64,000 bases of DNA from the human T2T-CHM13v2.0 reference genome, Homo sapiens (GCF_009914755.1 NC_060926.1); one strand, 5' to 3'. Positions 25,914-43,290 are shown, counted from the stretch's first letter. The notes: generated by a model not told the origin, from the letters alone. Program-made: numbers and translations.

Positions 25914-27461
25914 TGTAAACCAAAAATAAAATTCTAAGCCCCTTAACCGACTGAATGGACCTGTCCTATGGGGACAAGGGGATTCCAAAAAATTCCAAAA
26001 AGCTAGTTCAGGCCATGATGGGAACCTGATGGTGTAACCACCCAGTTGGGTTCACCTTTCATGCTACCTAGAAAGAGCTGATTCATCTAGACAGGGGAAT
26101 CGCAATAGAGAAAGAATAATTCGCACAGAGCCAGCTGTGCGGGAATCTGGAGTTTTATTATTGCTCCAATCTGTCTCCCCAGGATCAGAGTTTTTAAAGA
26201 CAATTTGTGGGAGGGGAGGGGCAGTGAGTCAGGGACTGCTGATTGGCTGGGTCGGAGATGAAATTATGGAGAGGAAATCATGGGGCGTTACTGTCTTCTT
26301 GCGCTTAGTCCGTTCCTGGGTGGGCATCACAGGATCAGATGGGCCAATTTCTTGATATGGTGGTGCCAGTTGATCCGTCAAGTGCAGGGTCTGCAAAACT
26401 TCTCAAGTACTGATCTTAGGAGCAGTTTAGGGAGGGTCAGAATCTTGTAGCCTCCAGCTGCATGACTCCTAAACCATAATTTCTAATCTTGTGGCTACTG
26501 TTAGTAGTCAAGAAGGAGGTTTATTTTAGGAAAGGGATGTTATTGTTCTTGTTTTAAACCATAAACTATAAGTTCTTCCCAAAGTTAGTTCAGCCTATGC
26601 CCAGCTTGGAGGTTAGAGGCAAGATGGAGTCATTTAAGTTGGATCTCTTTCACTGTCTCAGTCATAATTTTGCAAAGGCAGTTTCAATGGTAAAAGGGAA
26701 TTGGATACGCTGCATTATACTTTCCTCCCTTTGGAATTCAGGCTGAACTGATCGGCCTTAAAATTAAAACAGAGATCTTAAGACACAGTAGGCTCTTTGT
26801 AGCAATAAGATACCAAATTCCAACCTGACTCCAGTATAGCATCACATGACAGATAGCAGGCCCTGAGAAAAATCAAGTATTTTACCCCAAAATATATTTC
26901 TTTGACATATTTTTAAATGGCCCTGCAAAGCTATCTCTTGTGGGGGAAATTTACCTCCTTTAGAGAAGCCCCTTCCCTTTCCAGGTCTTTTTCTGATCCT
27001 GAAGAGTTTAGCTGAGAGTCTGGTACCTTTTAAAGGTATGAATAGGAAGCATTTGCCATCTATTGCCTCTAAGGATGGCCACCTATAAGACTTCATCTAC
27101 ATAATAAGACCGTTGGTCTCCAACAACACCCCTTATCTTTGCCCAGACACTCCTTTCTATTGATTCCAGGTTTTTTAGATAATAACTTAAACCCTTCAAC
27201 CAATTGCCAATCAGAAAAATCTTTGAATCCACCTATGACCTGTAAGTCTCCTGCTTCGAGTTGTTCTGCCTTTCCCTACCAAACCATGATTGATGTCTTA
27301 TGTCCTCCTAAAATTTAAAATATCAAACTGTAACCCAACCTCCTTGGCCACATGTTCTCAGGACCTCCTGAGGCTGTGTCACAGGTCATGGTCCTCACAT
27401 TTGGCTCAGAATAAATCTCTTCAAATATTTTACAGAATTTGGCTTGCTTTTTTCATCAACA
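25914..27461 (+). mobile_element. MER4-family (MER4D/E-like) ERV1 solo LTR, TSD ATAT, interrupted by LTR8
   Basis: tgtaaaccaaaaataaaattctaagcccc…cagaataaatctcttcaaatattttacaga…catcaaca; ATAT at 25910-25913 and 27462-27465. Confidence 0.85.
26033..26686 (-). mobile_element. LTR8 solo LTR, TSD ATGG
   Basis: The minus strand begins tgaaactgcctttgcaaaattatgactgagacagtgaaagagatc (LTR8 5' end); ATGG at 26029-26032 and 26687-26690. Confidence 0.88.
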
Positions 27462-27489
27462 ATATGTATACAAACGGGCTTTTCTAAAG

Positions 27490-29210
<1,721 letters not shown>

Positions 29211-30465
29211 CAATTAGGTGATGAATTTTAACATAGCAATTTTAACCTGAGCCCCAATTAATAAACAGTAGACATTTAGCATATGAGGTCAAATCAAAGA
29301 ACGTCTCGTCAAATCCCCATGTTTTGGAGAAAAGGAAACTGCTGCCCACAGGAGTTAGGGACATTTCCAAAGTCACAAAGTCAATTCATAACTTATTAAT
29401 CATTCTTCCCACTGCAGACATCAGCCATAACCCCTATTCTTTCTATCCTTTTGACTGATTCTGGTTTTCTCTGCAAGAAGCTTGAAAGCCTTAGCCAGGA
29501 CATGGTTTAAACTCTATTTTGCCTTGGTTATCAAGCAATCAAATGGTGTGGTTAAAATTGTAGCAAGCCTGTCATTTCTCATTTAAAATAAAACGGGACT
29601 CATTCAGGCTTCTTGAAGTGAGACTGCATGTGACGATGCAGGGAACACATCTCCTAGAAAGAAGAGGAGCCACTGAATGGGCAGCCTCATGGAATCTCAG
29701 GATAGAAGACCCTTCACATTTGAAGCAGGCTTTAGAGGACTGTGTTATCTTTTCCTTTTCCATTTCCCCTTTCCTTGCCTTAAGAGCAAGAATTGTAGAT
29801 TTTCACTCTAGTGCTGTGGGCTTACAGGGGCTCAGCTCTGCTGGTCTTTTATTCCTCTCTATATTTTCTAGCACTTCATTCTGTTCACAACCAACTAAGA
29901 CTCTTAGAATTTTTCAGTTTCAGTCTCAGAAAGAGTTAATCCAATTGGTTTGTCTAATTGCTGTCATTACTGCCTGGCATCAGGACATCTCATAGGTCAC
30001 TGGTCAGCTACTGATTGGCCACACTTGGGCTGTGGTGAATCCTTGGTCCAACCAGTTTTGGCTGTGGTGGTTGGTTCTTACCTTTTAGAGCAGGGCCATT
30101 CCAACTCAAGGTCAGCGTGGGGCTGTTTTCTTTACCAGAGGTCTGTGGACATGGACAGCATTGCATAAGGCCTGACAAACTTCTGGATTCTCTACATGGT
30201 GATAGTTTAAAGTTTCTTTAAAAATGTGTTTTTTTGGGGGGGGGAGTCCACATATTCAAAGTTCTAAGAAATCTCAACTACTGACATATTAAGGAATTGA
30301 ATATGAATGTCCTCTCCCACTAGATACTGATAGTTTGATTTTCACAGTAAGATATTCTGGGAAGAAATCTGGATAGGAAGGATTAGGGAGGCCTTATCAT
30401 GACACTCACAAAGTTGAATGGGTTTGGTGAATGTATGGTGAATTTTTTCCAGGCATATATACTTA

Positions 30466-31348
<883 letters not shown>

Positions 31349-31607
31349 AAAAATAAGAATGTAAGAGTGATGGTATTTGACATTTAGAAGAAATGTTTTG
31401 ACAAGTGCATGTGATGATTTAATGGTGCATATTCCATAAAGTCAACAGGAGTGAAGCTGTGGAAATGTTTGTCTTTCTGAGTGAGTGGTATTTACTGCTG
31501 TGAATTTGCTGTTCCATTTCCCAATACACTCTCCCTCACTCATGCTTTTACTCTAACTTCACGTAACTGAGTTGCTATTTTCAATGATGCTAGTAATTAA
31601 TGTGTGT

Positions 31608-31938
31608 TTGGATTCTGGATTTTTAAAAAAGTAATAAGATGTTTTGGGACAACTGGGGAAATTTAATATGTACTGTATATCAGATGCAATTCCTGAGTGA
31701 ATGTTAATTTCTTTGGGGTTAATAAGAGTATTGTAGTTATACAGAATGTCCTCATTTTCATGGTCTGCACACTGAGGTATTTAGGGTGAAGTATACATTG
31801 TTGGATAGATGGGGATAGGTAAGTTGATCAAGCCAACACGACACAATCTGAAAAATTGGGAAATATGGATGCTACTCATTCAACTTTTGTGTAGGGTTGA
31901 AAAATCTTTAAATAATATAAAAAGTTGGAGGAAAAAGT
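31608..31938 (+). mobile_element. Ancient L1ME 3' end fragment
   Basis: ttttgggacaactggggaaattt…gtcctcattttc…actgaggtatttagggtgaag. Confidence 0.6.
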
Positions 31939-33987
31939 GTAACTAGTAGTCTGTTGGTGTAGATGGCTTGAGTCTGAGATCTGAAATTGGAGCCAGTCTC
32001 AGATTAGAGAAAATAGGTCTTGACTTTCCTTGCAGTAACATTAATCTGGTGTTTAAATGAATGCTTTGCTGAATCTGGGGCACCGAGAGTGAATATCTCA
32101 TTAATGACCAAATCTCCAAACCAGTCATTATGGAGGAAGCTGAGTTGGCCACATCCTTGATTTAACTAAGAAGTAGCATGTTTTATTTTATAGCTGCCTT
32201 AGCCTCATTCATTAAAACCTGACTCATTGGGCGGAGGGTGGAAGAAGTTGCCCCTTTAGAAATATCTTGCTAATAACTCTTTGGCCACTTCAGCTAACAC
32301 AGAACCTGGAACTCATGCCAGCATAGAAGGGTGGCTACAAGGCTATGGGATGGGCCAGCCGTACACATGCCATGATTCACTCTCAAAGAGGACAATTTCA
32401 GCCTCTTTAAAAGCATTATGATTTAGCAGAGAATAAAGAATAAATGTCCTTGGTAAAAGGACATATCTAGACCAGATGTAGTACAACTGTCATTGGCTGT
32501 AGGGAATGCCATGCACGTAGAAGGCAGGGTGAATTGTGCCCTTGGAATTGTGTAACACGGGACAGATGTCATGAAAAACAATTTACTTGCTGAAATCCAG
32601 CACTGTGGAGGTGGTGAAGCAGCTGAAGCCATTTTTGTGATCAGTTCACTCTATGGTATACTGTTGTTATTGTATTTGCACTTTTGTTCTGGCATGTTTG
32701 CAGAATTACTTTTTGGACGGATCAAGTAACCAATAATTTGAGCAACAATTTAACAGTAACTTTTTAGAGTGAAACCTTACCAACCAAATACCAGAATGTA
32801 TTTAAAAAATATTTTGCTAATATTTGTAACTATCTTGATAGCCTTTGCTCTGGGGTTTGGGCCATCCTCTGTCTCTCAAGCTGTTATAAATGATATTTTT
32901 TGAAATGGGAATAGCATGAGTTGGTCAGGTAGAGATTTCTATAGAAGCTCCTTCTGTATTCGGCTTATGACACTCATGGCGGTAGTATGAATTCAGATCT
33001 CAGGGTCATTTATTATCCATGGAAAGTTAATTTGAGATGTTGGAACTTTTAAACAGTGTTTGTTTATTGTGCTAATCACGATCTGTTACTAAATTTCATT
33101 TGAAATGCAATTAATTACCTTCATCACCTTGCTAAAGATTGACATTAATATTCTGTCCTATCCTATTAGTTCTGTTGACACAGAGGGAGATGATCACAAT
33201 AATGGGAAGGAAAGAGCAGAGAGCAAGGGAATAAACAAGCAGTGACTGCTATTATTTTATTGAATGGTTCTTTTGTCAAAATGACTGCAAGAAAATTCTT
33301 AGAATACCAGTATCATCACACAAACCTAAATTCATAAGGCTTCCTGCAGTTGAATCATATTTTTAAAGTTTAGCTTGGGGTTTTCTATTATTCAGCTCAC
33401 TGGTGTTGAAGCAATTTTGTTGACATTTTCTGTAAGTGGATTAGGCTTGCAGTCATTTGCCCAAAGCAGACAGATGGCTTCTTAAACAGAGCACCCCCGT
33501 AGGAACCTATCTTATGGTATCTTCAGAAATAAAACAGGTCTGTCACAAAAGATAATGTTTGGCATTAATTTCTTTTAGTGACAAATGATTTCAGCTCATT
33601 TTTACTTTCTCTGCTGGCTTAAATGAAACAGCTGTTTTACATTTTTTATTCCAATAGTGAGCAACGCTTTGGTGTTTGACACTGAACAATGTTGTAGCCT
33701 CTAAATTATGAGTAAGAAAATAAGCTTTTGAGAGGGGAGGATGATGCCTTTTGGGATCCCCCAAGGAAAGTTGCCACATTAATGCAATTGTCATTTTTAT
33801 TTTAAACATGGGGTCTTTTTTTGGACTAATGAGTAATGCAATCCTGGCTTTTATTGTCGCATTTTATTCTCTCCACTTTGTCAACTTGTCTTTTTAAGTT
33901 TCAAGATGTTTTTGTTTCCTCACATTTTTATGAGGCAAAGGACAGTGGACTTATCTACAACATTGTTATTTCTGTTTATATAATAGA

Positions 33988-34235
33988 ATAATAATTGCTA
34001 ACGATCATTAGAGTTTTTCATGTATGGCAGGCATTGTTCTAAAGAATTTATAGGTATTATCTCTCTTAATCTCACAAAAAATCTATGAGGTGAGTACAAT
34101 TATTATAGCCATTTTATGGATGAGGAAACTGAGGCACCCAGTGATCTTGCCCAAGGTCAAAAAGCTAGTAAGTCTTGGAGCCAGGATTTGAGCCCAGGTA
34201 CAGTAAGAGTGGAGCTTATGCTGTAAATTCACTTA
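33988..34235 (-). mobile_element. MIR SINE
   Basis: ccattttatggatgaggaaactgaggcac…cttgcccaaggtc…ggagccaggatttgagcccagg. Confidence 0.85.
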
Positions 34236-35879
34236 TAAGAATGGCAATATGGTTACGATTCAAAGTCTCTAGTCTAGAGACTAGAGACTAGTCTAGATTG
34301 TTATTCTAAGAGAGAAATGAGGAATCCTTAGAATCAGATTTATTCCTTCATCACTCCTGGGGTTCCACTCGTCAGCTAGTGTGTTCTGCCATCTTGGGCA
34401 GCCAGCTTATGTGGAAGGCTTGTGGGGGCTCATGGGTGCTGCAAGGAGAAATCAGTACAGGGGCCCTGAGAATTGACTGATGAGGCCTCACATTAGTAGC
34501 ATCCTTCAAAACGTTCAGTGGATGCCTGTCATGAATATGATTCATTAATAATCTTCTTTTTGGATCTGAGCCATCAGGGCTTATGACGATACCTTTGAAG
34601 TGAAAACCAGTCCTTTTTTCCAGCACTTATCCCACTCATGAATCCTCTATCATTGCTTTTGTATTTCAGTTTTCCGAAAATCTGGCTCAGATTAAAATTA
34701 TTAAATGCTTCCAAACCCTGTACCCACACTGAAGACAAAAGTTAGAAATCAAAATATCAGCACAAGGATAGTATTTATGTCTGGGACATTTGTGAAGTTC
34801 TATCAAGAAATTCTTTTATAAACCAAAGAAGTCTTAAGCTAGTTTTTCTTTTCTATTTGATCAAATAGATCTATTTGATGACATGTGCACCATATCATGT
34901 AATGTACCTAAATTAAATAAAAAAACACAAAAAAACAAATAAACAATATAGAGATTAAGAAAAACAACTCTTGGCCTGGGAAGCCGGCATTATTCATTTC
35001 CTTCACACTTATTTCTCGTGTGAACCTGGGCAATGTATTTTTTTAGCTTTCCTGTGTCCATTTATTCACCTGAAGGTTATAAAAGGAGTCCTTCGAATGG
35101 CTCGAAAATTTGAAATAATTACTAAGAACGGTTATTTAGCAGATCTCAGTGATACTGTCACTAAATGACACTTTATTGTTTTCCACTTTCAGTGTTTCTT
35201 TCAGTATAAATGTCAATGAAACAAAATAAATCCTAAATAGAGAAAACGTAAGGAAAAATGGAATGTATTAGGCAATTTGGTGCTGTGCCATAAAGGCGGT
35301 AACCTTCCAGAACACTCTCCCATACCATGTATATCTGTATCTGTAAGACTGGAGGAGGATTCTTGCCTCTCCTCCAGGCAAGCATAAAAAAATCCTTGTA
35401 CTGTGTTTCACTGATCATAAGATGCCAAGAAATAAATGAAGATGCCTGCTCATCTTGCAAATCATTGCTTTCTTGTTACTTTTTATGGGGAGGCTTGTCT
35501 AATCTCCTAGTCCTCACAGCAATACATTCTTTTCCCTCAAGTACTTAGCATAATTTAAGGTTAGATATAACTTTATTTTTGTGGTTATTTTATATATACC
35601 TGTATCCCACACTAGACTTAGGTTCCGTAGGGGCAGGGATGATGTCTGTGCTCACTTTTGTAACCCCCAGAGTCCAGCCTGGTGATTCTCAATGGGTGCA
35701 GTACTGCCCCCTAGGCTGTGTTCTGGGAAGTTGTAGAGGTGATTGGGAGGATTCTCCTGGCATTTAGTGGAAACAGACAGGAATATTTGATGTCATGCTC
35801 TGGGCAGGGCAGTACAACATGATGAAAAATGTCCTGTGTCCTGCAAGATTTCTGTTAAGTCCTGCCTGAGTAAACCCTC

Positions 35880-36275
35880 TGTATTAGTCAGTTGTCATAC
35901 TGCTATAAAGAACTACGTGAAACTGGGTAATTTATAAAGAAAAGAGGTTTTTTTGTTTTGTTTTGTTTTGTTTTCTCAGTCCTTCACGCTGTACAGGAGG
36001 CATGGCTGGGGAGGCCTCAGTGAACTTACAGTCATGGCATAAGGCAAAAGGGAAGCAAGCACATCTTCACATGGTGGCAGGAAAGAGAAACAGCTAAGGG
36101 GAAGTGTTACACACTTTCAAACAACCAGATCTCCTGAGAACTTACTATCACAAGAACAACAAGGAGGAAATCTGCCCCTTTGATCCATTCACCTCCCACC
36201 AAATCCCCTCCTGCAACACCAGGGTTTACAATTCAACATGAGATTTGGGTGGGGACACAGAGCCAAACCATATCA
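35880..36275 (-). mobile_element. MSTA solo LTR, perfect TSD CCCTC
   Basis: tgtattagtc…tgctataaagaactac…agccaaaccatatca; CCCTC at 35875-35879 and 36276-36280. Confidence 0.9.
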
Positions 36276-36591
36276 CCCTCTAAAATACAAATCAGAATAC
36301 TTTAGTATATGATATTAATTAATTATTATTATTTTTTACAAGAAGTTGTTTGAAGGCCAGTACTTGAGTAAAAGGTAGTTATTGAGAGGTAAGTCTAAAT
36401 GAAATAAAGACATTGTTTCCAAATTATTGAATAATTTACTCACCTTGGGTATTTTGTCCACTTGACCATATAATTGCTACACAGTAATATTGGAACAAAT
36501 TGGGCAGTCAGATAATGGTTTTAACCTGATACCTTATTTTTTATTATTGATAATCCATGGTGGGCATCCGCCTGGGCCCCACAAAGTATCA

Positions 36592-36981
<390 letters not shown>

Positions 36982-37697
36982 TTATTTACTTCCTCATTTA
37001 TGGGATTATCAGCTTTTTCTTTCCACAGTGAGGGTTTGTATTTGTCTTGGCATGTTATGCCGACCTTAATTGAGGTTGTTTCTTTCCTTCTTTTATTCTA
37101 TGCAAATACAACTAGTCTATTGCCATTATTTGTTTTCATACTAGTGTCTGTCTCTACATTTGCATTATCATTTTCCATTAAATATGTATTTTTTGAGTGG
37201 AATGGCATCTGATCTTATTTCTCTTTCATATCTAATTGCATTCATATTAAGTACAGGCATCTGCCTACTTCAGGTTTCTGGTGTGCCTGCCTGACATTCA
37301 CATATGGCAATACATGTTATTTTATTTTAAATGACCATTCCCTTTTTCTCCTTTATATTACAGCTAGGGTATTATATTTATTTTAATAATACATGAATAG
37401 GTTATATTATCTATGAATTTAAGTTTATGAAAATAAAGAAAGCCTTACAAAGTATTTGTTTCAAAGGGTTGGTTTTGATAGATTGAGAACCTCAGGCCAA
37501 AGTCTGGTATACAGTAATTGTTTAATAAATATTTGTTTGCTGGATAAGTGAATAAAATGAAAACTAAGGTGCAAGTCCTCATTAATAGCTAAGAGACCAC
37601 CATTGTTTCCAAAGCACAGGGAAGAGATGGGTGTATCTCAGTTCACATATACATAGCTTTGAACAAGGTATAACAGGGACAATAAATGAGAATTTGA

Positions 37698-37991
<294 letters not shown>

Positions 37992-40939
37992 TGATACAGA
38001 TGTTTTCCACCAGTAACAGGACCTATTGTCAGCATTGTTGCCACTGGATTATTAATGGTTTTTTAAATTATATTATTATTAGTGAGTAGTGTTTAAATAA
38101 TGTTGAAAGACTTCACTTATATGTAGAATTCTATATATACAAGAACATAAAATTGTCTCCTTATATTAAAACTATTTTAAAAAACATGGCTAATACAAAG
38201 GTTTTCTGCTTAAAATGCAGTTAATTACTATTTTGAAGTAACTAGGGTCCTTCATTTCTTCAACATTCAAGTTAACCAAGACTTCTTGATAAATAAAGCT
38301 ATTGTAACAAAGAAAGCTTGATAGGAAAGCTATTGTAACAATGCAGGTGTTATTTGAGAAAGAAATGTGGTAAAAGAAGATCTTTCAAATTTCTTTCAAA
38401 TTTAATTTTCATTATGTTGAATTTTAACAGAGTATGATTTCAAAATTTTCTGAGCCTTTCATATGGCTTATTAAACATGTCATCTGCTGCATTTTACAAT
38501 TTTCTGTGGACCCTTTGGCATTAAATTATTCTTAACATTTCTTTAAAGTGTCTTCTATACTTTATAAATTATTTTTTCTTGAGAATTAGATTCTCAGGAA
38601 CTAAAAAGATTTATTTATATTCAGTTTCCATAGTTTTCAGAAGTATTCAATTAATCAGAGTTTGTGACCAATCCTAAAATACATCCTTTATGTAACTAAT
38701 TAAAAAATTAACTTTATATACAGTTACAAAATCTAATGTCTCAGGTGAGCATGTCCAGTGTAATTCTCTTCATGTTCCTGTACAGATTATTTTTATTGCA
38801 TTATATAATAAAGATTTGAAAAGCAGAGTTTCATTTGTTTTGGGTTTAGAGTTTCAGAAGAATAACAGATAAAGCTTCATTCAGCCAAGACTGTTAGAAC
38901 AGAACTACTCTACGACTATTCATCCATATTTCTTGAGTGTTCATGGAGTAAAAATTTAACTTTTTAAATAGCAAGTAGAATGCAGTTGAAATATTTGGTT
39001 GCTGAGGTGTTGCAAAACAGTAAATCTGAGCATTGATAACTTAGTGCAGTGGACACTTCTATTTTTGTGCAAAATTAAGTTATATTATATGCAATTTCCT
39101 AATAGCTGCACCTTTGTGCCTTTTAACTCTTGTTAACATCTTGTATATAATTCCTACACAGATAGGCCTTCATTCTAGAGAGCAAGAATTCCAGGCCATC
39201 TTTGAATAGTTTCACCCAGTTTTCCAAACAGCGTAACATACCAAGAGTGTAACATCAAAAAAAAAAAAAAAAAAGTCTAACATGACATCAAAACATTTTT
39301 GATTTGTTGTTTTAATTTCTCAAATGAAGGACATTGTAGCAGTTGTTTTACCTCTTCAGAGCAAAGGATTAAACTTCTTAAATGATAGAGTCCCAACGGA
39401 TGGTTTTTGAATTAGTAAGATGGCAGTTGTGCACAGCCCTCCACAGTATGGTCCATCAATGGACCAAATAAATAACTACTCATCCCACTATGATGTCTGT
39501 GACTGGTTTCTACTGCAGCACTGTCCAAGGGTGATTCTACTGTGGGTATGGACTCTCCCATGGATAAAAGAATATCAGAAAACCCAGTCTGCTGATGAGT
39601 GTGGGCTCAAAAATACTCACACGAGTTGACTTGGAGACAGAGCTGCATTTGTTTATGTGTGTAGTTTTGTATATGTGAGGGTTTTCCTATTCCCAGAGTC
39701 CCAATTAGCTGCTTTAAATATTTGTGGTGTGCTCTGAAACAACCCACTCATTTCCTTTACACTTGATGAGAACACTAGTTATGATGTTCTCCTGCTCTTT
39801 TGTGTACTAATATCACAAGGGATAGTGCGGTTCATGGGAAAAGTGGGTGTGAAGGAGCCTGGGATGTCTTTTGTGAATAATTCTGCCAGACTGTAGTCAA
39901 AACCATTTTCATTGGTGGGGGGAGGACTGCATTTTTTTGGTAAAAATGGAAGTAACAGAAATCCTAAATATCTTTTGATGGGTTATAAGATATATTACTA
40001 AAAGATAATTTATATTTAGAATTCTACCCTATTTTATGGTTAGGATATAATGAGATGTATTTGAACTGGTTTACGTTTAGTATATTAAGTGTTCAGTAAA
40101 TGTTAGCTGCTGTTTAGTGTTGTGACAATATTTCTTGTCAGTAGTAAATTTATTAGTAGTAATCAAAATTGTGGTGATATATCACCACAGCAATGCACGG
40201 CAGCCCAATTTGCAATCTAAATTGCATCAGTTATTTCCTGATTTCTAGATAATGTACTTTAATTATAATTTAATGCAGTTGGAAAGATTTAATAAGGAAT
40301 GCTTAATGTTTGTTTTTTAAATATTCACTAATTATCACTCATTTTTAAATTCAGAATTTCTATAATGATCTCTGTGGCTTTGCATGAGTCCATGTTACTT
40401 TCTAAATGTGTTGGACCTGCCAGTGGAACCTTACATTCAGAAGCCAAATCACTGTGGAGGCTAAATGGTGGCCATTGCTCTTGGGACTTCTATTAGTCTT
40501 GTTGTCCCATCAGCATCAGTCTACCTGAGGCGCTCTCTATTACCCTCACTTTCCTTTGAGTTAAAGCATCCTTCTCTTTTTTTTTTTTCATGAAGGATCC
40601 CCAGTACCAGAGGATACTTCAAATCCCCATGAGATTGCTAGTATAGAAATGCCGGCAGCAGCTTGACATTTTTTTTTCAAGTTGAGTGTTCAGTGGTCAA
40701 CTTGTACATTAATTCTGCATTTCATGCCATAACAATCCTAAACTTATTTTAGTATACAAGAGGTGTTTCCATTTCTATATCACCAAATAAAATGAATTCT
40801 CCTGGGGTTCCTCCTCTTCCCTTAAGACCTCTGTTTAGGGAGAATAAGATTAAAACACTTTCTTAAGAATGACTTGTTAGGTTACTCTTTAAATATATAC
40901 TATAGACGAATACCTTTAAATGGCTTGGCTGACCTGAAT

Positions 40940-41223
40940 ACCATGGTGGGTGTCGGGGGGTGGTTTTTGGGATGAAACTGGATCAACCTCAGATCAACAG
41001 GCATTAGATTCTCATAAGGAATACACAACCTAGATCCCTTGCAGGCTCAGTTCACAATAGGGTTCACACTCCTGAGAATCTAATGTCGCTGCTGATGTGA
41101 CAGGAGTGGGAGCTCAGGCAGTAATGCTCACTCACCCACTGCTCACGTCCTGCTGTGCAGCCTGGTTTCTCACAGGTCACAGGGACTGGTATCAGTCCAT
41201 GGCCCCAGGGTTGGGGACACCTG
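40940..41223 (-). mobile_element. MER1B fragment
   Basis: ggcattagattctcataagga…agttcacaatagggttc…ggttggggacacctg. Confidence 0.85.
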
Positions 41224-42659
41224 CTGTACCTAATATATTTTGGAGGAAATGATACACAGGACAAAGACGTTTAGAGGGAGATCTGGTATAAGCTGGCTGG
41301 TTAAGAGAAGTTTGGGGGTGTTTGTGACAGAGTAGAGAGAAAGAGATTGCTAGATGATTAGGGAAAATTGCTGCATATAAAATGGGAAAAAAGTCAGCAT
41401 GCCAAGGGAAAATGCCAGGGTGGTGGTTGTTAACAATCAAATTCACCTTCTACAATTTTCACCAGAATGTGTCTTTTCTGATTCTGGTGCCTTGATTCGG
41501 AAGACCCAAAGAAGAGATGCAGGTTGTGATTCCTGGAACCACAGAACAGAAAGATGACTGCTATTCCTCCTTCATAAAAAAAGAGAAAACAGAAGTTTAT
41601 ATCATGTTTCAATGTACACTCTTCACAACACAGCCTTTCAGTTTTGCTTCTTTTATTAGTTAATAGTTTACCTATTTTTTTTTTTCTTGCCTATATGGTA
41701 CAGCCAGTGTGTGTTGTCTCCAGGGTTATCAGGAGATGATGTAGTTGTGTTAGTTATGCACTGGTACAAACTGTTTCCTCCCATTGGCCATTGTTTTCTA
41801 CAGAGACTGACTTCTATTTACCAGAAATGGCACAGTCTGGCATTTGGATGCCACCTCTTAGAACCAATGAGATGACATTCTGGATTATTAAAATATGTTT
41901 CATGCCATGCTGTGGGAAAAGGGGATGTGAGAATTTTATGCGTTAGTAGGATAAAATGATGTTTTTGTACGTTTCACTGTTCTCTTGCAATTAGGAAAGT
42001 TGCCAGTTTTGCTACTGCTATGCTTTTAAAATTCTTGATGAAACTTTCAAAACTAAATGAAAAGGGAACACTTAAAAGTAATACTCTGAAAATGAAGGAG
42101 GATATAGTCTCATTACTAATAGATTTTTTATAAATGGAAAGATTCCTTTAAAAATATAGTAGTACATATACTTTATACATATCTCTGTAAAACAGACTCT
42201 GGTAGATGCATTTTAAATGTTAGTCAAATTTTTAATAAAATATAGATAGTACCAAGATACTTATTATATATAGTAGCAGATAATGTTAACCACTTTCTAA
42301 ATCACCTTATATCATTGTGATTCCTATACTTATGATCATTTAAATCATAAAGAGCTCTTCAACATATTGTCTTTAATCTTAGAACTGTAAGGAAGGCTGA
42401 AGGATATTTTCATCATTTTTGCAGAAGAGAAAATGGCCCAGATAAAAATTGGTTGAAGATGCTCCAACCCTCGTCCCTGCTAGTGTGTTCTTGCTCTGCC
42501 CTGTCTTCCTGATTCTGGATGCTATCTCTAAATTGTGTCAGGCTGTGTCACATGGGCAATGCTTTTCTTTTTATCTGCGTTGCTTCCATGGGTAACAATG
42601 AATAGGAGTCTCTAGGGTGCCCTGCAGAGAGTGCCTGCTTTGCTGTTAAAAGATGCCTA

Positions 42660-42915
42660 TCAGGTAGTGGTTAAAACCACAGACCCCGGAGCCAGCTGCT
42701 GGATTTTAAGCTCCAGCTCTACCACTTAGCAGCTGTATGACTTTGGGAAGGGTGACTGTGCTCTGGGCCTCAGTTTTTTTAATCAGTAAATTGAGAATAA
42801 TGAAAGTACCCATCTCATAGGGATGTTGTAATGAATGATTGAATGAACATGTATAAAGCACAAAGAGTGACCACACTGAGCAAGCACTTCATATGTTGGT
42901 CTGTTATTATTATTA
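42660..42915 (+). mobile_element. MIR SINE
   Basis: gtagtggttaaaacc…ggagccagctg…gcctcagtttt…ctcatagggatgttgt. Confidence 0.82.
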
Positions 42916-42952
42916 CTCAAGAGTTGCACTTTTCAAAGTGGATGTGACTTCA

Positions 42953-43007
42953 CTTTTTTTTTTAAATTTATGTTCTGGGATACATGTGCAGAATGTGCAG
43001 TTTTGTT
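42953..43007 (-). mobile_element. Very short L1PA 3'-terminal fragment
   Basis: poly(T)-aaatttatgttctgggatacatgtgcagaatgtgcagtttt. Confidence 0.7.
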
Positions 43008-43159
43008 GAGCAGACTCATTCGTGATGTCTATAGTGTTAAGAACAGACTTCCCAAAGTCTGCTGGTGTAGTAAATATTTTTTCTTTAGAAAATACATCTC
43101 TCACTGACAGAGTCTTTAGGCTCTAATCTCTAGTCTTTAGTCTCAGACTAGATTGTAAA

Positions 43160-43290
43160 CATGGTGTGGGGAATAGAGCATTGATGCAGGAGGCCAAAGG
43201 CCTGAACTTTAGTCCCAGCTCAGCGATTAACCAGCTGTGACCTTGGGACAGTCAATTAACCTCATCAGGCTCAGCTTCATTTCTCCTCAG
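43160..43290 (+). mobile_element. MIR fragment
   Basis: agtcccagctc…ctgtgaccttgggacagtcaattaacctc. Confidence 0.65.

Noticed and set aside
38285-38341. ~32-bp tandem duplication (aaagctattgtaacaa twice); similar small duplications at ~50350-50390 and ~50833-50880
   Set aside because: These are ordinary slippage duplications with no sign of function.
39257-39274. Isolated A18 run as a retrocopy tail
   Set aside because: No upstream element body or convincing TSD.
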